From Nitrospirota bacterium (GTDB lineage Bacteria; Nitrospirota; Thermodesulfovibrionia; Thermodesulfovibrionales; UBA9159): DNA of 64,000 nucleotides. The stretch lies in assembly GCA_037441365.1 (NCBI GenBank), contig JBBISG010000001.1, positions 18,961 through 82,960 of the forward strand, read 5' to 3'. This document shows, piece by piece, positions 40,930-49,659 of this stretch. The stretch's first letter is position 1; every line of letters begins with the position of its first letter. The notes beneath the pieces were generated by a model. It was not told the origin of the DNA and did not search any database. It was given only the letters and a program-made list of their open reading frames with translations. A program made the translations under genes and the position numbers.

Positions 40930-40945
40930 ACTTTTAACTTTTAAC
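40930..40945 (-). repeat. 16-mer gttaaaagttaaaagt (copy B, reverse complement)
   Basis: acttttaacttttaac on the + strand. Confidence 0.9.
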
Positions 40946-41016
40946 ATTTTATCACAAAGCACACATTATTTTCCTGTCCATGATCCGTAGCCAATTGATA
41001 ACAGACTTTCAGAAGA

Positions 41017-41034
41017 CAGACTGTCTGTTGTCTG
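41017..41034 (+). repeat. 18-mer cagactgtctgttgtctg (copy A)
   Basis: Identical 18-mer at 61894-61911. The 12-mer gtctgttgtctg also occurs at 4445-4456. Confidence 0.9.
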
Positions 41035-41182
41035 TATGTCTGTGCTCTGTACAGTGCGACCGTGCGACGGTGCGACGGTTATTAAGGAATAAATTATTCC
41101 ATAATTTACGGTCGCTCTGTCGCGCTATCGCTCTGTCGCACTAAGTTTGTCTGTAATATCTGTCCTGTTCAGCCTTTGGCAG

Positions 41183-41629
41183 CTATTGTTCGAACTTCTG
41201 GGCCTTAACCGACAGATAGTAGGCAAGCATAAGGATTAGGATCACAACAGCGCTTAACCCGATCTCATAAAGTTTCTCTACAGGCACGTGCTCCATAAAG
41301 GAGGTCTGGGCCTCTATCAGGAGTATCCTCCTTATAGCCGCTATTATACCTATTGCAAGGAAGGGGCCAAGGATGAATTTCTGCCTTTTCAAAAACCTGA
41401 TAACAGTCCAGAGGAGTTCAAGGATTATCAGGGCCAGAAGCACATCATTTACAAGGTGTATTATCGAGTCGCGGGATGGTTCAAGGATATTTAGCATTGC
41501 ATAATAGAATATGAAAATACATGCAATCAGCAGTAGCAGTGCTGCTATGATGTGAAAGACAATATCTACCTGAACAAGTAACTTGCGGAATCTCTCTGGC
41601 AGTTCAATCTTTTGCTGTTCCATCGACAT
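41183..41629 (-). CDS. PsiE-like (phosphate-starvation-inducible E family) membrane protein
   Basis: 148 aa with four TM helices. The family call is from general resemblance only. Confidence 0.5.
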   Translation of the reverse strand: MSMEQQKIELPERFRKLLVQVDIVFHIIAALLLLIACIFIFYYAMLNILEPSRDSIIHLVNDVLLALIILELLWTVIRFLKRQKFILGPFLAIGIIAAIRRILLIEAQTSFMEHVPVEKLYEIGLSAVVILILMLAYYLSVKAQKFEQ

Positions 41630-41632
41630 CTG

Positions 41633-41842
41633 TCACTTTATCTTTTTAAGACCCTCTATCGTTGCCTTAATCACACCGGTGTCCCCAAAAAGTCTCTGAC
41701 TTTTTGGGGTGCTCTGTTCCTCTGGTTCTGGTTTACATACAGGGCAGTACGCTTCTCCCAGGTCCAGCAGGCATACATGTCCGCATTCAGGACAGCATAC
41801 GCACCTATCTACTAACTGCTGGCAGACCGGACATGTCTCCAT
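41633..41842 (-). CDS. Small Cys-rich zinc-ribbon-like protein
   Basis: 69 aa with CPVC..., CVCCPEC and CPVC motifs. The C-terminal third is encoded by PE copy 10. Confidence 0.4.
   Translation of the reverse strand: METCPVCQQLVDRCVCCPECGHVCLLDLGEAYCPVCKPEPEEQSTPKSQRLFGDTGVIKATIEGLKKIK
41677..41713 (+). repeat. PE copy 10
   Basis: ccggtgtccccaaaaagtctctgactttttggggtgct, read on the minus strand as STPKSQRLFGDTG. Confidence 0.85.
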
Positions 41843-41864
41843 GGGGCTTAATTATATCATAACC

Positions 41865-42431
41865 TCAAAGATTTGCGTGTATCTTTCTCATCTCGTCCTC
41901 CTCGATACCGAGCCTGTTCATTAATTCGAGGACGCACGCCTCAAAGAAGATGAGGGTCGAAATCTCGAAGAGTGAACCAAGCGGGGGGAGGGGAACGCCC
42001 ATAAGCTCCCTTGTTGTATAGCCTGTGATCTCCCTCGGAATGGCCTCAGACCTTATAAGGACGACCGTGTCAGCAAGCCTCGCCAGCTCAGAGTTCGGAT
42101 CCCATGTGATAGCAGCAACCCTTCCGCCGAGGGTCTTCGATGCCCTTGCAGTCTCCACCACCCATGTGGTCTTCCCCGATCCAGAAACGGCTATCAAGAC
42201 ATCACCCTTTCTCATTGCAGGTGTGATGGTCTCTCCCACAATGAAGACCTTCTTTTTGAGATGGACGAGCCTCATCCCGAAGGCCCTTGCAACGAGGCCT
42301 GAGCGGCCAGCGCCAATCATATATATCCTCGGCGCCCTGATAATAAAGTTAACAAAGTTATCAAAGTCCTCAGCGGATATCCTGTCTGTAACCTCTCTTA
42401 TCTTTCCCAGTATGAACGGATAATAGCTCAT
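41865..42431 (-). CDS. 6-phospho-3-hexuloisomerase (SIS domain)
   Basis: 188 aa with GAGRSGLVARAFGMRL and SGSGKT motifs, adjacent to hps. Confidence 0.85.
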   Translation of the reverse strand: MSYYPFILGKIREVTDRISAEDFDNFVNFIIRAPRIYMIGAGRSGLVARAFGMRLVHLKKKVFIVGETITPAMRKGDVLIAVSGSGKTTWVVETARASKTLGGRVAAITWDPNSELARLADTVVLIRSEAIPREITGYTTRELMGVPLPPLGSLFEISTLIFFEACVLELMNRLGIEEDEMRKIHANL

Positions 42432-42444
42432 AAAACACCCCCAC

Positions 42445-43086
42445 TTACTTAACTGTATGGGCCTCTATTGCCATCTTGATTGTCTTAGCAGCCGCCTCAG
42501 GGCCTTCTGCCCTCGTGATATATCCTCCCACTATAATGATCGCTGGCCTGAAGGGCATTATGAGGGGAATATCATCAGGCTTGATCCCCCCTGCAATTGA
42601 ATATGGCAGTTTTATCTCCCTTATGAATTCCTCCAGCCTTTCAAAGGGTCTCCTGCCTTTCGTCTGTTCATCAAGAGCTGTATGGATGCAGAAGTAGTCG
42701 GGAGAGAGGTCACTTAATTCCCCTGCCCTCGAAATCCAGGCGGTCGACCCTATGAGGTCTATCATCACTTCTCTATCCCATCTCCTCGTCTCTTCTATGG
42801 CCTCACGGATCGTCTCTGCCGATGCCTGTGCACAGACGCTTATCATATCAGCACCGCCCTCAAATGCCATCCTCGCCTCGAGTGCGCCTGCATCCATAAT
42901 CTTCAGGTCTGCAAAGACCTGCTTATCAGGAAATCCTTTTTTGAGAACGCTGACCGCCCTGATGCCCTCTGATTTGATAAGCGGTGTGCCTGCCTCAATG
43001 ATGTCAGCATAGGGATAGACCTCCCCTGCAACCTCAACGGCCTTATCGAGATCGATAAAATCGAGTGCTACCTGAAGAAGTGCCAT
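42445..43086 (-). CDS. 3-hexulose-6-phosphate synthase
   Basis: 213 aa of the OMP-decarboxylase fold family, starting LLQVALD. Confidence 0.85.
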   Translation of the reverse strand: MALLQVALDFIDLDKAVEVAGEVYPYADIIEAGTPLIKSEGIRAVSVLKKGFPDKQVFADLKIMDAGALEARMAFEGGADMISVCAQASAETIREAIEETRRWDREVMIDLIGSTAWISRAGELSDLSPDYFCIHTALDEQTKGRRPFERLEEFIREIKLPYSIAGGIKPDDIPLIMPFRPAIIIVGGYITRAEGPEAAAKTIKMAIEAHTVK

Positions 43087-43385
43087 CCTGATAAAATCAT
43101 AGTTTTACCAGCCCCGGTTGTCAAGGACTATCTTGGCCTGGGTATTTAAAACAACAGGGTCGAAACTCGATCTGCCTGAACAAAACTGTTTAACCCGCAC
43201 AAGAACATTAAGAACATCAGCAAATTTCCATAATGAAACATCACTATTCCATATAGAAAAGCCAAATATCCTATTTTCCCCTGAAGATAATTTAATTATT
43301 AAGGCTTTACGTATTGGCATATATCTTGATAATCATTAGATTGTTCAATTAACACAAGAACAATAGTTTTATGGTAGCGGAAAAT

Positions 43386-43424
43386 GGGCACCCCAAAAAA
43401 TCAAAGACTTTTTGGGGACCCCGG
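43386..43424 (-). repeat. PE copy 11, at the left edge of the AT-rich block
   Basis: gggcaccccaaaaaatcaaagactttttggggaccccgg. Confidence 0.9.
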
Positions 43425-43624
43425 TCCGGATGTCAGGGTCTTTAGCTGTGCTGGATTCCAGTTCAGGGGGGGCAGCTTCTATATTATTGAACGGACTAAT
43501 CTGATAAAAAGGGAGGTGATGGGAGTGAAAATTATAAGTGTAATATTGTAACTACAGTAGTAGTGGGAGTGGTTTTTCTCAGAAACTTAGTTTAAATTAA
43601 ATATTTTTGAAAGGGGAGGTTAAT

Positions 43625-45166
43625 ATGGGTATAACAAGAAGAAGTTTGTTGAAAGGAGGAGTTGCAGGAGCAATTGTGGCAGGCATCGGCTCTAAATTGG
43701 GTCTCGGTGGTTCTTCGTTAGGCGTAGGAAGGGCTGAGGCTGCGATCTTTGGGGAACCGACATTTCAGGATGTATTTAAACAATTTGGAAAATATATTTA
43801 CCTTGTCCCAGGGAAGTTTGCTGGATTAGTTGCAGCATATGATATGTCCACCGGTGAATGTCTTGCCTTCTTGAACTTTTCTAACTGGGCAGGGAATAGG
43901 ACTCCTATTCCGCACCATATTGCTGCCTTTGCATCTCCAGATCCGTACAAGGAATTTGAGTTTATACTTGACTCCCAGGGTGGTAAAAACCTTTACATAT
44001 ACGGGATACCAACTTCAGTAAAGGAACCTGCAGAGGGATTCAATATCTGGAGGATCAAATACGACGGAACCAAGATGGAGATTCTCGAAGACGTTGCCGA
44101 GACAACAGGAATTGGCCTTGGTGTTCATGTAAACGTTGCACCGGATAATCATCGTTTTGCTGTTGCTGATGGGCAAAAGGACATTTTTGCTATATTCAGA
44201 AAAGGTGAAGGAAGGAGTCATTCAAGTGTGGAAGCTGCTGTATTCTTTGACTGGGAATATAACAACTCGGAACTCTCAAGGGCATGGAGCGATGGCGGAA
44301 CACTAAGAATCAGAAAACTGCACCCACCTTATGATCTTAAAGGATTGAAAGGGCTAAAGCTTGATTGGGAGCTTGTTCCAGGCGGTGAGCTCTTCGCAGA
44401 ACAGGGAAAGGTTCCAGGGCCGAGAGTAAAGCATGCCGTGGCATTGGACTCCGTATGCTGGGATGCTCATAACAAAAATTATGCGATTGCCGCCCTTAGA
44501 CTACCTGGATGTGCGGTTGTCTTTGATACAAAGACATGGGAACCGAGGGCAATTTGTGTTGGAAGTGAGAAGTTTGCAAAACAAGATTACCAGATTCCAT
44601 TGAATAAAGTATCATCAGATGAATGGACAGCAAAGTTCCCATTTGTGCCAACACCTGCCCACCAAGCAGGGTATAATCCGACAGGGGATCGTATGATAGT
44701 GATGAACAACGCAAAAGAGAATATAATGGCGGTGTTTGACACTTCAAACCAAAAAGATCCGACAACATGGAAAAGAATCGCAGGACTTGGAGACCCTTCA
44801 TGGAGAGGAGCATACCCTAACCCGTTCCACATGGCCTTTACACCTGACGGAAAGAAAATGGCCTTTACACTCTGGTGGCCTACCCCAACCACAAACGGTA
44901 TTGCCATAGTGGATACACGCAACTGGAAGATTATAAAGACGATTAATATTGGACCAGATACTCATACAGTTGCATATACATATGACGGAAAGTGGCTAAT
45001 TGGCGTCTATAGCGGCTACCAGAAAACAAAGTGCGGGTTATATGTAATACGCGCAAAGGATGATAAATTTTACGGGTATCTGCCAAGCCCCCTCGGACAC
45101 CACGACTCCTGCATTGTACCCAGAACACTTAAAGATTTGGCTATTTCTCGCTGTACAACAACATAA
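43625..45166 (+). CDS. Tat-exported His-motif beta-propeller protein (NosZ CuZ-domain / thiocyanate-dehydrogenase-like; function unproven)
   Basis: GGGGAGG RBS. MGITRRSLLKGG twin-arginine signal ending AEA. Recurrent His motifs IPHHIA, GVHVNV, PAHQAGY, NPFHMAF, DTHTVAY and LGHHDSC. YVTN-like blade sequence. No cupredoxin/CuA tail. Confidence 0.6.
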   Translation: MGITRRSLLKGGVAGAIVAGIGSKLGLGGSSLGVGRAEAAIFGEPTFQDVFKQFGKYIYLVPGKFAGLVAAYDMSTGECLAFLNFSNWAGNRTPIPHHIAAFASPDPYKEFEFILDSQGGKNLYIYGIPTSVKEPAEGFNIWRIKYDGTKMEILEDVAETTGIGLGVHVNVAPDNHRFAVADGQKDIFAIFRKGEGRSHSSVEAAVFFDWEYNNSELSRAWSDGGTLRIRKLHPPYDLKGLKGLKLDWELVPGGELFAEQGKVPGPRVKHAVALDSVCWDAHNKNYAIAALRLPGCAVVFDTKTWEPRAICVGSEKFAKQDYQIPLNKVSSDEWTAKFPFVPTPAHQAGYNPTGDRMIVMNNAKENIMAVFDTSNQKDPTTWKRIAGLGDPSWRGAYPNPFHMAFTPDGKKMAFTLWWPTPTTNGIAIVDTRNWKIIKTINIGPDTHTVAYTYDGKWLIGVYSGYQKTKCGLYVIRAKDDKFYGYLPSPLGHHDSCIVPRTLKDLAISRCTTT

Positions 45167-45190
45167 AAAGTAGACAAGTCGATTTTACAT

Positions 45191-45216
45191 CCCTGGGGGA
45201 GTAATCTCCCTCAGGG
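45191..45216 (+). other. Hairpin after the propeller gene (possible attenuator or RNA-processing site)
   Basis: ccctgggggag-taat-ctccctcaggg, an 11-bp stem with 1 mismatch and no T-run. Confidence 0.3.
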
Positions 45217-45257
45217 ACACTTGAACCTTAAAACAAAAGAAGGAGCGAAGGTCTATA

Positions 45258-46472
45258 ATGGTCACATCCCTATCAAGACTTGCCTACCAGAACCTCCAGG
45301 TGAAGCACCTGAGGCTTTATATCATACTTATTGGCGTAAGTATAGTAATAGGGGTATTATTTGCAAGCTCTATCTTGATTGCCGGAATATACTATAGCCT
45401 TGAGAGGGGGCTCTCGAAGCTGGGTGCAGATCTCTTAGTAATTCCAAAGGAGTCCCTTGTCAATCTTAAATCTGCACTATTGACAGGAGAGCCCTCCACC
45501 TTTTACATGGATAGGTCTGTCCTTGAAGAAATACGTACCTTAAAGGGTATTAAGAAGGCCTCGGGTCAGGTATTCCTTACAAGTGCAACAGGGGATTGCT
45601 GTGTGGTCGGTAACTCCTTTCTGATCGGTTTTGATCCGTCCAATGACTTTACAGTAATGCCGTGGGTAGTTAAAAAAATGGGCGACTCTTTTCCCGATGA
45701 TGGGGCGATCGTAGGTGGAATGTTACCGTGGAACTTAGGCGACAGGCTTAAGTTCTTCGGGGTTCCTCTAACAGTTTGGGGACAGCTTGAAAGGACAGGT
45801 ATAGGTCTTTATGATAATGCAGTATTCTTTCATATAAAAAAGGCGTATGAGATGTCAGAAAAATCCCAAACCGATCCATCTATTCAGCCACTAAAGCCCT
45901 TCAAAGACAAGATATCAGGTGTGTTGGTGCAGCTTTCTGTAGGGGCTAAAATACCATTCATCACCTTTTCTATTCTGAAAGGCCATCCTGAACTTAAGGT
46001 CGTAACTACAGGAAATATCCAGACATCAGCACGCCAGACAACCGTTGCGGTATTCTTTGGTGTGATGGTCTTGATAGTTGTGCTGGTCTTGTCAAATGTG
46101 CTGATGATCAATGCAATATTCTCTGCTGTGGTAAATGAAAGGAGAAGGGAGTTAGGCATAATGAGGGCGATAGGTGCAACAAAGAACTCCATATTCAAAC
46201 TTATTGTTTATGAATCGACAATGGTTACATTACTCAGCGGATTGTTAGGAATGATCGTGGGCGGGATTCTTCTAAAAATCTTCCACAGGACGATCATATT
46301 TTACCTGAGACTCCTCAATATCCCATTTATGCTTCCACCGGTTGAGATCATTGCAGGATTAGCTCTGTTAGCCATAATCATGGCCTTTATAATGGGTATT
46401 AGCGGTTCAACATATCCTGCTCTCGTGGCAATAAGGATAGACCCTCACGAGACCATGAAACAGGGGTTATAA
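45258..46472 (+). CDS. MacB/LolC-type ABC permease (FtsX domain), paralog 1
   Basis: 404 aa. TM1, a large periplasmic domain (contains a CC pair, SATGDCCVVG), and a C-terminal FtsX three-TM module (ERRRELGIMRAIGAT). Confidence 0.8.
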   Translation: MVTSLSRLAYQNLQVKHLRLYIILIGVSIVIGVLFASSILIAGIYYSLERGLSKLGADLLVIPKESLVNLKSALLTGEPSTFYMDRSVLEEIRTLKGIKKASGQVFLTSATGDCCVVGNSFLIGFDPSNDFTVMPWVVKKMGDSFPDDGAIVGGMLPWNLGDRLKFFGVPLTVWGQLERTGIGLYDNAVFFHIKKAYEMSEKSQTDPSIQPLKPFKDKISGVLVQLSVGAKIPFITFSILKGHPELKVVTTGNIQTSARQTTVAVFFGVMVLIVVLVLSNVLMINAIFSAVVNERRRELGIMRAIGATKNSIFKLIVYESTMVTLLSGLLGMIVGGILLKIFHRTIIFYLRLLNIPFMLPPVEIIAGLALLAIIMAFIMGISGSTYPALVAIRIDPHETMKQGL

Positions 46473-47198
46473 ATGGATGGATTTATTCAGGCAATTGAAT
46501 TACAGAAGATTTATCATGTCGGTAACCAAAAAATAGAGGCGGTAAAAGGGGTAAGCCTTCAGGTCCCGAGGGGAGACTTTATTGTAATACTTGGGCACTC
46601 AGGTTCAGGCAAAACAACCCTTATAAGCATGATAGGAGGTCTGACTCGTCCATCTCTGGGCAAGGTCTATATAGAAGGTATTGACCTTTGGGATCTCGGG
46701 GATAAAGAGCTTTCCCGCTTCAGGAACAAAAAAATTGGGTTTATCTTTCAATCTTTCAGCCTTTTACCGTCCCTGAATGTATTAAATAATGTTCTCATGC
46801 CTGTTATATTCAGCAAAAAAGCAAAAAAAGACAGAAAGGCATTGCAATCTAAAGCACACTCAATCCTCTCTGACCTTAATATGGCTGATAAGCTGAATTC
46901 CTACCCTTCCGAACTATCAGGTGGAGAACAGAGAAGGGTAGCGATAGCAAGGTCACTGATAAATGACCCTGATATAATACTTGCCGATGAACCAACAGGA
47001 GAACTGGATATACGAACTGAACATGAGGTGATAGAGATATTCCGAAACATAAATGAAGTATATAAAAAGACGATAATAGTCGTCAGCCACAGCCTATCAT
47101 GGATGCAGAAGGCAAAGAAGGTGATTGTAATGAAAGATGGACTCGTTCAGAGGGATATTGCTGACCCTGTTGAAATACTTATGGGTGGACATAAGTAA
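46473..47198 (+). CDS. ABC transporter ATP-binding protein (LolD/MacB type)
   Basis: Walker A GHSGSGKTTL, signature LSGGEQRRVAIARS, Walker B ILADEPTGELD. Confidence 0.9.
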   Translation: MDGFIQAIELQKIYHVGNQKIEAVKGVSLQVPRGDFIVILGHSGSGKTTLISMIGGLTRPSLGKVYIEGIDLWDLGDKELSRFRNKKIGFIFQSFSLLPSLNVLNNVLMPVIFSKKAKKDRKALQSKAHSILSDLNMADKLNSYPSELSGGEQRRVAIARSLINDPDIILADEPTGELDIRTEHEVIEIFRNINEVYKKTIIVVSHSLSWMQKAKKVIVMKDGLVQRDIADPVEILMGGHK

Positions 47199-47204
47199 AA
47201 GAAT

Positions 47205-48467
47205 ATGAGGGTGTTCAGGCTTGCCATAAAAGAACTAATAAGGAGACCTCAAAGGAATGCCTTGCTTATGCTGGCTATAGTGGTGTCCATAGCCCTGATT
47301 ACTTCTCTAACAATAGTAGGCAACTCTGCAAATAAAACGATCCTCGAGGTTATAGCAAAAACAGGTCATACACTTACCGTTAAGCCAGCTATAACAGAAG
47401 AGAACGCAACATCTTTAGGTAACCTGACCACCACGGAAGTTGTCATAGGGAAATATATACCAGAGACGGTCATCCCGGAGATAAAAAAACTCTATGATAA
47501 GGCCATACAATCAGGCTGGGAAAAGAGAGGAACTCTCCTGACAAGTATTGGGAGTATAGAGAAGGAAATCAGGATCGAACCACCCACATGGGCCCCAAGG
47601 CTTTATGAGAAGGTAAGGTTTAAAGATAAAGATATAATAGTTGCAGGGGTAGAATTCGACAAGGAATACTTCGTGCGGTTCTGGTGGAATCTCTCAAGCG
47701 GCGAATGGCCGACTGATGCGACACGACTGAGGGAAGTCCATGAGGATGAAGCATTGATTGGTGGTTCCCTATCAACAGCCCTTGGATATAAAACAGGCGA
47801 CAGGATAACTATAAATAACATGGAGTTAAGAATATTAGGTGTGCTTGAGGAGACCAACTCTCCAGATGACTATATGTTATTCATTCCGTTAAAGACCGCC
47901 CAGAAGATATTCAATAAAAAGGGTCTTGTTTCATTATTGAGCGTAAGAGCCATGTGCCCTCAATGTCCTGTAGGAGATGCCATGGTAGAACTAAACAAGA
48001 CAATAACTGGGATAACTGCTGTATCACAACTTGATGTTGCGCAGGTTCAGTTCGATTTCTTTAACATGCTTTATAAATTCCTCCTGGCAGTTATCATATC
48101 AACTATTGCTGTGGGTATATTCTCTATATTCAATACTGTCACAGGATCCCTGTATGCCAGGGTCAGGGAGATCGGGATGCTAAAGGCAGTAGGGGCTTCA
48201 GGATTCCAGCTTTTGAGGATATTCCTCTACGAACAGTTAATCCTGGGGTTAACCGCAGGGATTGTGGGATATACAGTGGGCATTGGGCTTGCTTATATCT
48301 TAAATTCCCTCCTCGGGATAAAAGCGATAATAAAGCTTAATCCCGAATATATCTGGAGAGCCTTGATATTCGGGGTCATCTGTAGCCTTGCAGCGATAAT
48401 CTACCCTGCCTATAAACTCTCAAAGATCAAGATAACAGAGACCTTCAGAACCCAATGGGAGATCTAA
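47205..48467 (+). CDS. MacB/LolC-type ABC permease, paralog 2 (periplasmic CPQCP motif)
   Basis: 420 aa with the same architecture. CxxC (RAMCPQCPVGD) in the periplasmic domain. C-terminus ...KLSKIKITETFRTQWEI. Confidence 0.8.
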   Translation: MRVFRLAIKELIRRPQRNALLMLAIVVSIALITSLTIVGNSANKTILEVIAKTGHTLTVKPAITEENATSLGNLTTTEVVIGKYIPETVIPEIKKLYDKAIQSGWEKRGTLLTSIGSIEKEIRIEPPTWAPRLYEKVRFKDKDIIVAGVEFDKEYFVRFWWNLSSGEWPTDATRLREVHEDEALIGGSLSTALGYKTGDRITINNMELRILGVLEETNSPDDYMLFIPLKTAQKIFNKKGLVSLLSVRAMCPQCPVGDAMVELNKTITGITAVSQLDVAQVQFDFFNMLYKFLLAVIISTIAVGIFSIFNTVTGSLYARVREIGMLKAVGASGFQLLRIFLYEQLILGLTAGIVGYTVGIGLAYILNSLLGIKAIIKLNPEYIWRALIFGVICSLAAIIYPAYKLSKIKITETFRTQWEI

Positions 48468-48468
48468 A

Positions 48469-49659
48469 ATGGATATTCTATCCCTGGCTATAAAAGACAT
48501 CATGAGGCGAAAAGGAAAATCTATCTACATGCTTATAGCTGTTGTTATGCCTGTCGCCATTCTTAGTACTATCATATCAACTATTAGTAATGCTGATACA
48601 TCTCTATCTAATCTTGCATCGAAATTTGGTTTCACCATAATGATCCAGCCGAAGAGCATAAGCACTGACAGGATCGATCAGTTAGGGGTGGTCGTGGATG
48701 AATATATCTCTGAGGCATCTATTATATCTGTAAAGGAGATAATAATGCGAATTCTTCAGACCGACAAAGACCCAATAATCATGGCGCCACGGCTTTATAT
48801 AAAAACCGAGATTAATAGTAAAAACTCACGGACAACTTCAATATTGGCAGGGATAGATTTTAAGGCCGAATTAGATGCAAGACCTTCGTGGAATCTCATA
48901 GAAGGTAGATGGCCTGAAAGGGACTACGAAGCAGTTGCTGGAAGGGCACTTGCCAGGGTATTAAAACTGTCTTCGGGAGATTATGTGACCATCAATAATA
49001 AAGGGTTCAATATCGTAGGCATTTTCAAAGAGCACAACTCGCCTGAGGACCATATGGTCTTTGCATTTCTCGGAACAGCACAACAAATCTTCGGGAAAAA
49101 GGGGCTGGTATCGGTTATAAATCTTCAGAATGTATCACTGGACAGAGATGAGAGGCTACTCCGTTTAACAATAGAGGAGTTAAATAGAGGCATCCCTAAT
49201 ATAAAGGCCCTTTCACCTCAGCAATTCAGCACAATGAAATATATAATGCTAAAAAAGACATTCAAATTTCTGATCTCCATTGTCATTGCAACAGTTATCA
49301 TCAGCATCTTTTCGATATTTAATATCGTAACCTCATCATTATATTCGAGGGTAAGAGAGATAGGACTGTTGAAATCAGCAGGTGCATCGTGGTCGCAACT
49401 CTTCAAGCTGTTCCTCTATGAATACCTTATCATAGGACTTGCTGGCGGTATGGTCGGATATTCCATCGGCATATTAATGACTTACCTATTGGATTCATTC
49501 CTTCTAAAGATCGGATCAGGAATAAGAATAAACATAATGCTGTTTGTGGTTACATTGTTTATAGGTATTTTATGTAGTCTATTGTCAAGTTTTTACCCTA
49601 CCTACAAGCTCTCAAAGATAAAAATAACCGAGACCTTTAGAACGCAATGGGAGGTATGA
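48469..49659 (+). CDS. MacB/LolC-type ABC permease, paralog 3
   Basis: 396 aa. C-terminus KLSKIKITETFRTQWEV is nearly identical to paralog 2. No periplasmic Cys. Confidence 0.8.
   Translation: MDILSLAIKDIMRRKGKSIYMLIAVVMPVAILSTIISTISNADTSLSNLASKFGFTIMIQPKSISTDRIDQLGVVVDEYISEASIISVKEIIMRILQTDKDPIIMAPRLYIKTEINSKNSRTTSILAGIDFKAELDARPSWNLIEGRWPERDYEAVAGRALARVLKLSSGDYVTINNKGFNIVGIFKEHNSPEDHMVFAFLGTAQQIFGKKGLVSVINLQNVSLDRDERLLRLTIEELNRGIPNIKALSPQQFSTMKYIMLKKTFKFLISIVIATVIISIFSIFNIVTSSLYSRVREIGLLKSAGASWSQLFKLFLYEYLIIGLAGGMVGYSIGILMTYLLDSFLLKIGSGIRINIMLFVVTLFIGILCSLLSSFYPTYKLSKIKITETFRTQWEV

Noticed and set aside
43105-43339. Two overlapping 71-73 aa ORFs in the AT-rich spacer left of the propeller gene
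   Set aside because: No RBS, no recognisable motif, and they overlap each other on opposite strands. More likely non-coding or decayed sequence at the island border.
43425-43624. Search for a sigma-54 (-24 GG / -12 GC, TGGCAC-N5-TTGC) promoter upstream of the propeller operon; also checked before 45258, 51786 and 52361
   Set aside because: No convincing GG-N10-GC match with the flanking consensus was found by eye, so no sigma-54 promoter is annotated even though the adjacent regulator is sigma-54-dependent.
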